32,000 nucleotides of DNA from Methanothermobacter thermautotrophicus str. Delta H (GTDB taxonomy: Archaea > Methanobacteriota > Methanobacteria > Methanobacteriales > Methanothermobacteraceae), in NCBI RefSeq assembly GCF_000008645.1, contig NC_000916.1, positions 330,001-362,000 of the forward strand. The letters run 5' to 3'. The notes below the pieces were generated by a model that worked only from the letters and a program-made list of their open reading frames with translations, did no database searches and was not told the DNA's origin. Below are positions 19,935 through 29,317 of the stretch, piece after piece; position 1 is the first letter of the stretch, and each line of letters begins with the position of its first letter. The position numbers and the translations under genes are program-made.

Positions 19935-20054
19935 ATGAATAATTCAGAGTATCCATCAAGGAACCACAGCCCTCTGAACACAAATTTAAGGGTTCTCAGG
20001 GGATATAAAGACCTCCAGAACCCACAGGGGCCTCATCACAGAATCATGGATTGA
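19935..20054 (+). CDS. Possible 39-aa small protein
   Basis: GTGGAG-TTAC-ATG then MNNSEYPSRNHSPLNTNLRVLRGYKDLQNPQGPHHRIMD*. Composition is not strongly protein-like. Confidence 0.25.
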   Translation: MNNSEYPSRNHSPLNTNLRVLRGYKDLQNPQGPHHRIMD

Positions 20055-20221
20055 AGGCCAGTTTTCGACAGGATCCCGGCCCAGGTTTTTACAGGCGCAT
20101 ATCTGTATGCAGAGGGTTTGAATTCGCTGTCTTTCTCCTCAGGTTCATGCAGGGATCACCCCCCTTGATTCCGGGTTAAATTTATTACCCCTCCCCGGTA
20201 ATAGATAAACGGTGATATAAT

Positions 20222-20614
20222 ATGATGACACCCGAGATGATGGATGCAATTGAAAAGGAGCTGGTTTTTGTTGCAACTGCAGATGAGGAAGGAACCCCCA
20301 ATGTTGTTCCAATAGGCTTCGCCAGACCCCTGGATGAGAGGACCATCCTCATCGCAGACAACTACATGAAAAAAACCATAAGGAACCTCCACGAAAACCC
20401 CAGAATAGCACTGATACCACAGAACGCAAGGGAATGCCCCTACCAGTTCAAGGGAACAGTTGAAATATTTAAATCCGGAAAATACTTTGACATGGTCGTT
20501 GAGTGGGCACAGAACGTAATGACAGAACTTGAACCAAAATCAGCCATACTCATGACCGTGGAGGAGATATACTCAGTAAAACCGGGGCCAGAGGCCGGTG
20601 AAAAGGTGGCCTGA
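20222..20614 (+). CDS. Pyridoxamine 5'-phosphate oxidase-fold (FMN-binding split barrel) protein
   Basis: ELVFVATADEEGTPNVVPIGFARPLDERTILIADNYMKKTIRNLHENPRIAL; GGTGAT RBS upstream. Confidence 0.8.
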   Translation: MMTPEMMDAIEKELVFVATADEEGTPNVVPIGFARPLDERTILIADNYMKKTIRNLHENPRIALIPQNARECPYQFKGTVEIFKSGKYFDMVVEWAQNVMTELEPKSAILMTVEEIYSVKPGPEAGEKVA

Positions 20615-20633
20615 GCTCACAGAAGTGACCGCG

Positions 20634-22034
20634 ATGTGCGCCATTGCAGGGTTCAGGGGTGATGACGCCCCGGTAAAGGTACAGGAGATGTTAGATGTCC
20701 TCAGACACCGGGGCCCTGATGCCACAGGGATCTACCATGACAGCAGGATAGTGATAAGGACAGCGACGGGGGAGGATGTAAAGGAGGCCCCGCAATCAGC
20801 TGAGATTGCAGTGGGCCATAACCTCCTCTCAATCGTGGGAGGTCCTCAGCCAGTATCAGGGGACGGCGTACTGGTATTTAACGGCGAGATATACAATCAG
20901 GAGGAACTTAACTGGACCGGCAGCGACTCTGAACTCATCCTGGACCTCATAGAGGGCCACGGCGGGGACCTGGAGGATGCGCTGCGTTTCACGGTTAACA
21001 AGATAGACGGTGACTACGCCTTCGCCTACACAGACGGCGAGAACCTTGCAAGTCGTCAGGACCCTGTTGGTGTCAAACCCCTCTACCATTCAGGGGAGGC
21101 CTTCGCATCCGAAAAGAAGGCCCTCTGGAGGATAGGTCTGAGGAATGTGGAGACCCTGCCACCTGGCCATGCCATGATAAACGGTGTGAAGGTGAAGCTG
21201 AGGGGACTCCCCAGGGCGGAACCCTCAGATGCAGAACCAGAAGAGCTGAGGGAGAATCTCAAATCAGCTCTGAGGGAATCGGTGGAGAGGAGAGTTAGAG
21301 GTTTGGATGAGGCTGCCCTGGTATTCTCGGGCGGCGTTGACAGCACACTGCTGGCGGTCCTCCTTGATGAACACATCGATGTGAGGCTCTACACCGTGGG
21401 GCTCCCTGGTTCCAGCGACCCTCAGTTCGCATCCAGGGCTGCGGCAGACCTTGGAATGGAACTTGAGGTCCTGGAGGTTACAGAGGATACCATCAGGGAG
21501 GCCCTTCCCCATGTCCTGGGGGCGATAGAGGAGTACAATCTCATGAAGATCGGCGTTGCAATGCCCCTCTACCTGGCATCTGAGGCTGCCTCTGCAGACG
21601 GATACAGGGTCATGTTCTCTGGTCAGGGTGCAGACGAACTTTTCGCAGGATACCACAGGTACAGGCGCCTCCTGGCTGAGGGAAGACTCGAGGACGCCCT
21701 CCGGCATGACCTTGAAAACATCCACCATGTTAACCTTGAAAGGGATGACGCGGTTACAATGGCAAACTCGGTGGAGCTGAGGGTCCCCTTCCTGGACCTT
21801 CAACTGATAGGGGTGGCCCTGACCATACCAGCAGACCTCAAGATACGGGGCCCGGAGGATGAGCTGAGGAAACGCATACTCAGGGAGGCGGCCCTTGAGA
21901 TGGGGGTCCCCGAGTACATTGCGATGAGGCCCAAGAAGGCGGCGCAGTACGGTTCAGGGATAGATAAGGTCCTGCGGAGGAAGGTTCTCCCTGGGTTTGA
22001 CCATGAGACCTTCCTGAGGAGGCTGATGTTTTAA
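20634..22034 (+). CDS. asnB: Asparagine synthetase, glutamine-hydrolysing
   Basis: MCAIAGFRG (class II GATase Cys), HRGPDATG, FSGGVDSTLLA P-loop, SGQGADELFAGYHRY. Start 20634 places the catalytic Cys at position 2. Confidence 0.9.
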   Translation: MCAIAGFRGDDAPVKVQEMLDVLRHRGPDATGIYHDSRIVIRTATGEDVKEAPQSAEIAVGHNLLSIVGGPQPVSGDGVLVFNGEIYNQEELNWTGSDSELILDLIEGHGGDLEDALRFTVNKIDGDYAFAYTDGENLASRQDPVGVKPLYHSGEAFASEKKALWRIGLRNVETLPPGHAMINGVKVKLRGLPRAEPSDAEPEELRENLKSALRESVERRVRGLDEAALVFSGGVDSTLLAVLLDEHIDVRLYTVGLPGSSDPQFASRAAADLGMELEVLEVTEDTIREALPHVLGAIEEYNLMKIGVAMPLYLASEAASADGYRVMFSGQGADELFAGYHRYRRLLAEGRLEDALRHDLENIHHVNLERDDAVTMANSVELRVPFLDLQLIGVALTIPADLKIRGPEDELRKRILREAALEMGVPEYIAMRPKKAAQYGSGIDKVLRRKVLPGFDHETFLRRLMF

Positions 22035-22136
22035 CCCATGTCTGCAGTGGTCATCCTGTCACACAGGATCCATGTTCCCTCTGCTGAATCTGAGGCCATG
22101 TTTTTTCTCTCTGTGACAGGTCTCTGTGGCAAGGTT

Positions 22137-22190
22137 TATATCATTGTAGCACGATAGACTAAGCCTTATATCACTGCAGCACCATAGACT
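22137..22190. repeat. Two imperfect 24-bp direct repeats, period 30
   Basis: TATATCATTGTAGCACGATAGACT and TATATCACTGCAGCACCATAGACT, 21/24 identical. Confidence 0.85.
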
Positions 22191-22233
22191 TTATGTGTTT
22201 CACATGTATCCATCAAGTTGAGAGGAGTCTGAT

Positions 22234-22449
22234 ATGAAGATAGAGAAAGAGGCTGAGAAGATCCTTGAGGAATTCTCAAGGGCCCTTGAGGAGGTCCCTG
22301 AACTCGAGGAAACATACTACATAGTGGATAATCTTAACAGGACCAGGGAGGATGAGGAAGAAAAAACAGAACCCGGAAAGATCCTCAGAAACGCCCCGGT
22401 CGATGATGACGGTAACATAGTCGTTGAGAGGGGTGAATGGACCCAGTAG
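22234..22449 (+). CDS. gatC: Probable Asp-tRNA(Asn)/Glu-tRNA(Gln) amidotransferase subunit C, archaeal type
   Basis: EAEKILEEFSRALEEVPELEETYYIVDNLNRTRED...ILRNAPVDDDGNIVVERGEW resembles archaeal GatC; strong RBS GAGAGGAG. Confidence 0.65.
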   Translation: MKIEKEAEKILEEFSRALEEVPELEETYYIVDNLNRTREDEEEKTEPGKILRNAPVDDDGNIVVERGEWTQ

Positions 22450-22458
22450 GTGTTTCAG

Positions 22459-22938
22459 ATGCGGTTAAACCTGGTTATCGAACTCAGAGACGCCCCAGGG
22501 CAGCTGGTGTCAGTGCTTGAACCCCTGGGAAGTACCGGCGTGAATATAGTGACGGTTATACATGAGAGAGACCGTGAATACGGCCCGGTGGTGCCCGTGC
22601 AGCTCACGGTGGAGGGTGACAGGGAAACACTTGACGCAGCCATAGGCAGGCTCCAGGAGCAGGGTGTTAACATCATTGAGATGGACGGCGCCCCCCTGAG
22701 GGAGAAATTCACCACCATACTCATAGGTGACATTGCAGAGGGCGACCTTCAGGAGACGGTGGAGGCCGTGAACAGCGTCCAGGGAGCCAGTGTACTGGAC
22801 CTCTCCCTCAGAATGTCAGAGGGCAGATCAGCAGCCAGGATAACCTTTGAAGCAGAACACGGCAGCAGGGATGAGGTCCTGAGGAGGATCAATGAAGCCG
22901 CCATGGAGAGGAACCTCCTGCTTGTAAGCGAGGTCTAG
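22459..22938 (+). CDS. ACT-domain protein, probable amino-acid-responsive regulator
   Basis: LVIELRDAPGQLVSVLEPLGSTGVNIVTVIHERD is a canonical ACT start; adjacent to homoserine dehydrogenase. Confidence 0.8.
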   Translation: MRLNLVIELRDAPGQLVSVLEPLGSTGVNIVTVIHERDREYGPVVPVQLTVEGDRETLDAAIGRLQEQGVNIIEMDGAPLREKFTTILIGDIAEGDLQETVEAVNSVQGASVLDLSLRMSEGRSAARITFEAEHGSRDEVLRRINEAAMERNLLLVSEV

Positions 22939-22947
22939 GTGAGGGTT

Positions 22948-23961
22948 ATGAGGATATGTCTTGTTGGACTGGGAGCTGTTGGTCAGGGATTCCTCAGGGC
23001 CGTTCAGATGAAGGGCGAGTATCTGAGGGAAAGGTATGGCCTCGATATAAGGTTCACGGGAGTCGCGGATTCATCAGGAGCCCTCCACGACCCGGATGGC
23101 CTTGACATCAGGGGGGTACTTGAGCACAAGAAGCGGGCCGGCCTGGGGTCACATCCCTCAGGATACGAGGGGATGACCGGAGATGAACTCCTTGATGAGG
23201 CAGAATATGACTGCCTGGTGGAGGCAACACCAACAAATATAGAGGACGGCGAACCCGGCAGGTCACTGGTCCTGAAGGCCATGGGTGACGGGAAGCACGT
23301 TGTAACATCAAACAAGGGGCACCTGGCCCTTTTCTACTCTGAACTCATGGAGGCGGCCTCTGAGGCAGGTGTTGAGTTCATGTTCGAGGCATCTGTGGGG
23401 GGTGCCATGCCCATAATAAACCTTGCAAGGGAGACCCTAGCATCATGCACCATAGAATCTGTGATCGGTATCCTGAACGGTACCACCAACTTCATACTCT
23501 CCAGGATGGCCTCTGAGGGATCATCCTACAGGCAGGCCCTCATTGAGGCCCAGGAGCTGGGCATTGCAGAGACAAATCCCGCCCAGGACGTTGAAGGTAC
23601 TGATGCGGCCTGCAAGGCTGTGATAATCGCCAATTCAATCCTCGGAAGGCCATGCACCCTCAGGGATGTCAGGGTCGAGGGGATCACCGGTATAACCCAG
23701 GGGGCCATTGAACTGGCAGCCCAGGAGGGGTACCTCATAAAACTCATTGCAGAGATCTCAGGGGACAGGCTGGAGGTCGGACCCAGGCTGGTGAGGATGG
23801 GGTCACCCTACGCCGTGGACGGGACACTGAACATGGCCACCCTCAGGACAGACCTTGCAGGTGAGGTGACAGCTGTTGGACGTGGCGCAGGATCCCTTGA
23901 GACGGCCTCGGCCATGCTCACAGACACCATCACCATATGGAGGAAGTCTGGAGGGCGTTAA
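22948..23961 (+). CDS. hom: Homoserine dehydrogenase
   Basis: [19 protein letters not shown] Rossmann start, [42 protein letters not shown]. Confidence 0.88.
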   Translation: MRICLVGLGAVGQGFLRAVQMKGEYLRERYGLDIRFTGVADSSGALHDPDGLDIRGVLEHKKRAGLGSHPSGYEGMTGDELLDEAEYDCLVEATPTNIEDGEPGRSLVLKAMGDGKHVVTSNKGHLALFYSELMEAASEAGVEFMFEASVGGAMPIINLARETLASCTIESVIGILNGTTNFILSRMASEGSSYRQALIEAQELGIAETNPAQDVEGTDAACKAVIIANSILGRPCTLRDVRVEGITGITQGAIELAAQEGYLIKLIAEISGDRLEVGPRLVRMGSPYAVDGTLNMATLRTDLAGEVTAVGRGAGSLETASAMLTDTITIWRKSGGR

Positions 23962-23991
23962 ACCCCTTTACGGTTCTTTTCAGTGATAACC

Positions 23992-25191
23992 ATGAAACAT
24001 GTTATTCTTGTTGGAGACGGAATGGCGGATTACCCCCTTGATGAACTCGACGGTAAAACGCCACTGCAGGTGGCAGATAAGCCCAACATGGACCAGCTTG
24101 CAGGGATGGGTGCGTGCGGTCTTCTCAGGACAGTCCCGGAGGGGATGGAGGCGGGTTCAGATGTTGCAAACCTCAGTATAATGGGCTACGACCCCCGCAG
24201 GTACTACACCGGGAGGGGCCCCCTTGAGGCTGCAAGCATAGGTGTTGAGCTGGGCGATGATGATGTGGCATTCAGATGCAACCTCATAAACGCTGATGAG
24301 AGGATCGTGGACTTCAACGCCGGACACATAGAAACAGCTGAGGCGTCAAGCCTCATAGATGCCCTCAATCATGAACTTGAAACCAGGGGGAGGTTCTATG
24401 CCGGTGTGAGCTACAGGAACCTCTTTGTTATAGAGGGGAGGGGCTACACCTCGGTGAGGGTTGAGCCACCCCACGACATAGTGGGGGAGTCTGTGGCCGC
24501 ACACCTCCCCTCAGGCTCGGAGGAGGCAGACCATATAAGGGAGCTGATGCTGGAATCAGCAGGCGTCCTCAGATCCCATGAGGTGAACCTCAAAAGGGAA
24601 TCCATGGGTAAGAGGCCGGCCACCATGATCTGGCTCTGGGGACAGGGTTTAAGGCCATCAATGGAGCCCTTCAGTGAAAGGTACGGTATTAGAGGTGCCA
24701 CAATAACTGCAGTGGACCTGATAAAGGGCCTGGGCGTATATGCGGGTCTTGAAAACATCCATGTCCCGGGCGCCACAGGTTACCTGGACACAGACTACAG
24801 GGCCAAGGGCAGATACGCTGCCGGGGCCCTTGAGGAATATGACTTCCTCTACGTCCATGTTGAGGCACCCGATGAGGCAGGGCATGCCGGTGACGCTGAG
24901 GAGAAGATAAGGGCCATAGAGAATATAGACCGCTTCGTCCTCGGCAGGTTACTTGATGCGCTCTCAGACCATGAGCACAGGATAGCGGTCCTCCCGGATC
25001 ACCCCACACCCATTGAGATCAGGACCCATGTACCCGACCCCGTACCATGCATCCTTGCAGGTGACGGCGTGGATGCTGATCAGGTGAAATCCTATGACGA
25101 GTTCACAGTCAGGGAGGGGTCCCTGGGCACATGGGAGGCCCACAGGCTCATGGAAATCATGATGGACCCGGCTGCCCGGTTAAGGCAATGA
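23992..25191 (+). CDS. apgM: 2,3-bisphosphoglycerate-independent phosphoglycerate mutase, archaeal type
   Basis: MKHVILVGDGMADYPLDELDGKTPLQVADKPNMDQLA, GSDVANLSIMGYDP, YTGRGPLEAA, HVEAPDEAGHAG. Confidence 0.92.
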   Translation: MKHVILVGDGMADYPLDELDGKTPLQVADKPNMDQLAGMGACGLLRTVPEGMEAGSDVANLSIMGYDPRRYYTGRGPLEAASIGVELGDDDVAFRCNLINADERIVDFNAGHIETAEASSLIDALNHELETRGRFYAGVSYRNLFVIEGRGYTSVRVEPPHDIVGESVAAHLPSGSEEADHIRELMLESAGVLRSHEVNLKRESMGKRPATMIWLWGQGLRPSMEPFSERYGIRGATITAVDLIKGLGVYAGLENIHVPGATGYLDTDYRAKGRYAAGALEEYDFLYVHVEAPDEAGHAGDAEEKIRAIENIDRFVLGRLLDALSDHEHRIAVLPDHPTPIEIRTHVPDPVPCILAGDGVDADQVKSYDEFTVREGSLGTWEAHRLMEIMMDPAARLRQ

Positions 25192-25242
25192 GTTTTTAAC
25201 ATCCTAATCACATATATTGACCCATCAAACTAATCTGAGGAG

Positions 25243-26844
25243 TTGGTTCATCTGGCCAAGTACATCGTTGTAACGGGAGGAGTTGTAAGCTCTATTGGAA
25301 AGGGAATAACAGCAGCATCAATAGGCAGGATACTCAGATCATATGGATTATCTGTGACAGCCATAAAGATAGACCCCTACCTGAACTGGGACTCAGGGAC
25401 CCTCAACCCCTACCAGCACGGTGAGGTCTTTGTAACCGATGATGGAATGGAGACAGACCTTGACCTGGGCCACTATGAGAGGTTCCTGGACTCTGATCTC
25501 CCTGGTGAGGCCAACATAACAACCGGAAAGGTCTACATGTCCGTCATAAATAAGGAGCGGTCAGGGGATTACCTGGGCTCCTGTGTACAGATAATACCCC
25601 ACATAACCGACGAGATCAAGTCAATGATAAGAAAAATCGCTGATAAAAGCGGTGCTGAGGTGGTACTGGTGGAGGTCGGGGGTACGGTGGGTGACATAGA
25701 GGGTCAGCCCTTCCTGGAGGCCCTCAGGCAGCTGAGGAACGAGGAGGGTCATGAGAACGTCATGTTCGTCCATGTGACCTACGTCCCATATCTGAGGGCT
25801 GCAGGGGAATTTAAGACCAAACCGACACAGCACAGTACAAAGGAGCTCAGAAGTACAGGTATAAACCCTGATATGATCATCTGCCGGAGTGAGATGCCAA
25901 TAGACTCCTCACTCAAGAGGAAGATAGCCCACTTCTGTGACGTTGAGGAGGAGGCCGTTGTGAATGCCCCCGACGCATCATCAATCTATGAGGTCCCCCT
26001 GGTACTTGACAGTGAGCGGGTGGGGGACTACATAGTCCGGAGGATAGAACTGGATGTTGATGGTGAAGCAGACCTCAGTGAATGGGCAGGGATAGTTGAG
26101 TCACTCATGATAGATGAGCCGGTGGTTACCGTTGGAATAGTCGGCAAGTACGTGGAGCTTGAGGACTCATACATAAGTATAAGGGAAGCCCTCAAACATG
26201 CAGCGGCACACCTACGGGTAAGGGTTGATATTGAGTGGATAAGTGCCGATGATGCAGTAAATGAGGAGGACCTTTCACGTCTTGACTCCATACTCATCCC
26301 TGGTGGATTTGGTGAAAGGGGAATCGCAGGAAAACTTGAGGCGGTCAGGTTCGCCCTTGAAAACAGGGTTCCCATCTTCGGCATATGCCTGGGCATGCAG
26401 TGCATGGTCATAGAATTCGCAAGGCTCAACGGCATGGAGGGTGCCAACAGCACAGAGTTCGACCCGGAAACCCCCTACCCTGTCATAGACATGATGGAGG
26501 AGCAGAAGAGGATAAAGAACATGGGGGGTACCATGCGCCTCGGCTCCTACCAGTGCAGGATAAGGGAGGGTACACTGGCACATGAGGCCTACGGCACCGA
26601 ACTCGTGGGTGAGAGGCACAGGCACAGGTTTGAACTCAACAACGAATTCAGGGAGGAACTGGAGAGTAAGGGCCTTATAATCTCAGGAACATCTCCGGAC
26701 GACTTCCTCGTGGAGATGGTTGAGATCAAGGATCACCCATGGTTCCTCGGATGCCAGTTCCACCCAGAGTTCAGGTCAAGACCAAACAGGGCCCATCCAC
26801 TCTTTGTATCCTTCCTCAGGGCCGCCCTTGAAAGGAGCCGTTAA
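25243..26844 (+). CDS. pyrG: CTP synthase
   Basis: [75 protein letters not shown]. Start codon uncertain (TTG 25243 or CTG 25252). Confidence 0.95.
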   Translation: MVHLAKYIVVTGGVVSSIGKGITAASIGRILRSYGLSVTAIKIDPYLNWDSGTLNPYQHGEVFVTDDGMETDLDLGHYERFLDSDLPGEANITTGKVYMSVINKERSGDYLGSCVQIIPHITDEIKSMIRKIADKSGAEVVLVEVGGTVGDIEGQPFLEALRQLRNEEGHENVMFVHVTYVPYLRAAGEFKTKPTQHSTKELRSTGINPDMIICRSEMPIDSSLKRKIAHFCDVEEEAVVNAPDASSIYEVPLVLDSERVGDYIVRRIELDVDGEADLSEWAGIVESLMIDEPVVTVGIVGKYVELEDSYISIREALKHAAAHLRVRVDIEWISADDAVNEEDLSRLDSILIPGGFGERGIAGKLEAVRFALENRVPIFGICLGMQCMVIEFARLNGMEGANSTEFDPETPYPVIDMMEEQKRIKNMGGTMRLGSYQCRIREGTLAHEAYGTELVGERHRHRFELNNEFREELESKGLIISGTSPDDFLVEMVEIKDHPWFLGCQFHPEFRSRPNRAHPLFVSFLRAALERSR

Positions 26845-26914
26845 TAAAGCGGCAAAATCTTTTTTTTATCTACCGTTACATCTTTAGCAGGAAAAAAAGC
26901 TCAACTACTTTTTA

Positions 26915-28945
26915 TCAGGTATTCCAATCCCTGATGGGCTCCCATACAGTGACATCCCTGCTCCTCATGACTGCCCTGAAGACGCCTCCACCGTCACCAA
27001 GGAGCACCAGCCTGGCGAACATGGAATCCTCATATCCACGCTCCAGGACCACAGTCCGGTTCCTGTCATAGAGCACAAATGCAACGAGGCCCCCCTGGGG
27101 GTCGCCCTCCACCTTCCTGACACCACCATCCACAAGGTACAGTTCTGAGACCCTCAAACCATTGAATGAGATCCTCTCACCATCCCAGAGCAGACCGTCA
27201 CTGGTTCTCAGGGGCCAGCCCTGAACTATACTCCCTGTGGAGTACACCGGCTTCCTGGTTTTTCCTGTGAAGTTCCAGTTACCATAATAGAGTATCCAGT
27301 ACCCCTTATCAATGAGCCGGTCACAGGTCACAAGGACGTAGCCGGATCTCCTGCTGAGGGTTGAGGCAACTCTCCCTGAAGCAACAGGGTCAAGTCCCCT
27401 ATCCTGCAGGTACTCTGCCCTTGAGGACCCATCAACAGCCAGCACATCCCCCAGAATGACTGCAGAGCCAGCCGGATCCCCGGTGGCGTTCAGTACCTCA
27501 AGGTAGGCTTCATCACCTGAGGATGCCAGCATGGATAGTATCTCATCTGCCAGGTGGGGTCCGTGGTCGTTCGGGCCCGGATCATGCCAGTACTCCCTGT
27601 AGACTCCCGGGATACGGGGGTCAAGGGGGTATCCAGGCCCCCTCTTCGCCGCAGTTTCAATGTAGGCCAGTCTGCCATCGAAGTTCACCGGCCTCCTGGC
27701 CATGAATGCAAAGAAGTGTCCGTGGACCCAGTTGGAGATCACCACAGTATCAGGAGGGGTTTTGGCTCTTATGTAGTCTGCAGCATCCAGAAGGCCGTCA
27801 TCCACCCGGGGGTGGAGGGCGCTGTACTGACCCGTAGAGATGATGAGGGATGGAAGGACCACCATGATGGCGACTGCAACATGAAGCTTCCGCCTGAAAC
27901 CGGGGGGTACCCTGGAGGCAGTCCCCAGATCTGCAAGGAATAGCGCGGAGGTTATGAGAAGGGGTGCAGTGAGGAGCTCAGAGAACCTTATACCCCAGAG
28001 TAGTGAGGCGGCACCTGTGAGGGTCCAGAGGATGATTACCGGAAGCACCATGCTATCCCTCCAGTCACGGAAGAGGGACCTGAAACCAGCCAGACCCGCC
28101 AGGAGGAGGCCGGGTCCAAGGGCCATCAGCACGTCATCAAAACCTGGACGCTGGAGCTCTGTTATGTTTGCATAGGGGTCAGGGAATGGATCTGCTCTGG
28201 CAACGGGTATCTTCATCAGCCCCACCGGGATGGATGGAATGGCCCGTGGATCCATCAGCACAATGAGAAGCGTGGAGGTGATGAGGAATATGAGGGGTTC
28301 TCTTCTACGATACAGGAGCGAGTGGAGTATCACCGACAGGGCCATAATCGAGTAGATGAGCTGCCACCCATTCCAGGCTGCGGCGAAGACACCCATGAGG
28401 GCCCCTGAGAGTACGGCCATCCTCCAGTCACCATCCCTGAGAGAAAGGTGGAGTGTTAAGAGGATGGCAAGGGGGAGGACGAGGTTGAACATGTCGGTGT
28501 CATAGAAACCAGGGATGGTCCTCATGAAGTAGAAGGGTGCTGCAGTGGCAAGGAGGCCTGCTGTGGTGGCTGATACGTCATCACAGTCAAGGGACCTTGC
28601 AGCTGCAAAGACAGCGACCCCGGCGAGGGGTGCAATGATGGCTGGAAGCCAGAATGCGGTGTCGGTGAGACCTGGAAGTAACCAGGTAAATAGCAGGTAA
28701 AGGGTGACGGTGAGGTGGGGGAGCAGAGGGGGGTAATCGAGGGGGACCCCGGGAGGGTAATAGGAGTACCTGTCCCACCCACCCTCTGAGAGTTCACCCT
28801 CATTTAAGAGGTTGCTGGCGAGCCTGAGGTTGTAGTAGGAGTCCATATCATACATGAGGGGCTGGTAGTGGGCCTCGCTGTATACTCCGGCCACAGTCAC
28901 CGTGCCTGCTCTCAGGGCGAAACCTGAAGCGAATATTATGAGCAT
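26915..28945 (-). CDS. STT3/AglB-like oligosaccharyltransferase-family membrane protein
   Basis: Many hydrophobic segments; first-loop DMDSYYNLRLA acidic motif; later FYDTDMFN and VISNWVHGHFFAFMARRPV region. Confidence 0.75.
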   Translation of the reverse strand: MLIIFASGFALRAGTVTVAGVYSEAHYQPLMYDMDSYYNLRLASNLLNEGELSEGGWDRYSYYPPGVPLDYPPLLPHLTVTLYLLFTWLLPGLTDTAFWLPAIIAPLAGVAVFAAARSLDCDDVSATTAGLLATAAPFYFMRTIPGFYDTDMFNLVLPLAILLTLHLSLRDGDWRMAVLSGALMGVFAAAWNGWQLIYSIMALSVILHSLLYRRREPLIFLITSTLLIVLMDPRAIPSIPVGLMKIPVARADPFPDPYANITELQRPGFDDVLMALGPGLLLAGLAGFRSLFRDWRDSMVLPVIILWTLTGAASLLWGIRFSELLTAPLLITSALFLADLGTASRVPPGFRRKLHVAVAIMVVLPSLIISTGQYSALHPRVDDGLLDAADYIRAKTPPDTVVISNWVHGHFFAFMARRPVNFDGRLAYIETAAKRGPGYPLDPRIPGVYREYWHDPGPNDHGPHLADEILSMLASSGDEAYLEVLNATGDPAGSAVILGDVLAVDGSSRAEYLQDRGLDPVASGRVASTLSRRSGYVLVTCDRLIDKGYWILYYGNWNFTGKTRKPVYSTGSIVQGWPLRTSDGLLWDGERISFNGLRVSELYLVDGGVRKVEGDPQGGLVAFVLYDRNRTVVLERGYEDSMFARLVLLGDGGGVFRAVMRSRDVTVWEPIRDWNT

Positions 28946-29239
28946 CAGTAAAACAGCCCTTCTGTCTGCGCCAGCAATCCATTCCCTGATACTGAAGGAC
29001 AGATAATCACATCCTTACCTTCCCTTTACCATAGATCTCTGGTCCCGGGTTAATATGCTTTATTGCCTTTACTCATATCAGTGCTGCAGTGTTCTGTGAG
29101 CATAGATTTTTGGTTAAATGCTGCATATTTCGGTGTCCCTGTATCATGGATTTATCTGTCAGTCTGCAGCCCGGAGTGTGTCCCCTCTGATACGGGGATT
29201 GCCGGTGCTGCACCCGGAGAAATCAACCACAAAAACTTA

Positions 29240-29249
29240 AATAGAGATC
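29240..29249 (+). promoter_or_regulatory. TATA box for the prepilin peptidase gene
   Basis: CAAAAACTTAAATAGAG ~70 nt upstream of ATG 29318. Confidence 0.45.
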
Positions 29250-29317
29250 ACTGAGAATTAATTAATAAATCATGATTTTCTGTAATATCCATCTCTAAGC
29301 TTCAAGGAGTGATATTA

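Noticed and set aside
21264-21803. 179-aa antisense ORF inside asnB
   Set aside because: Shadow of the asparagine synthetase coding region; no signals.
29063-29254. 63-aa ORF MPLLISVLQCSVSIDFW...
   Set aside because: Runs across the promoter region of the peptidase gene; no RBS; composition not convincing.
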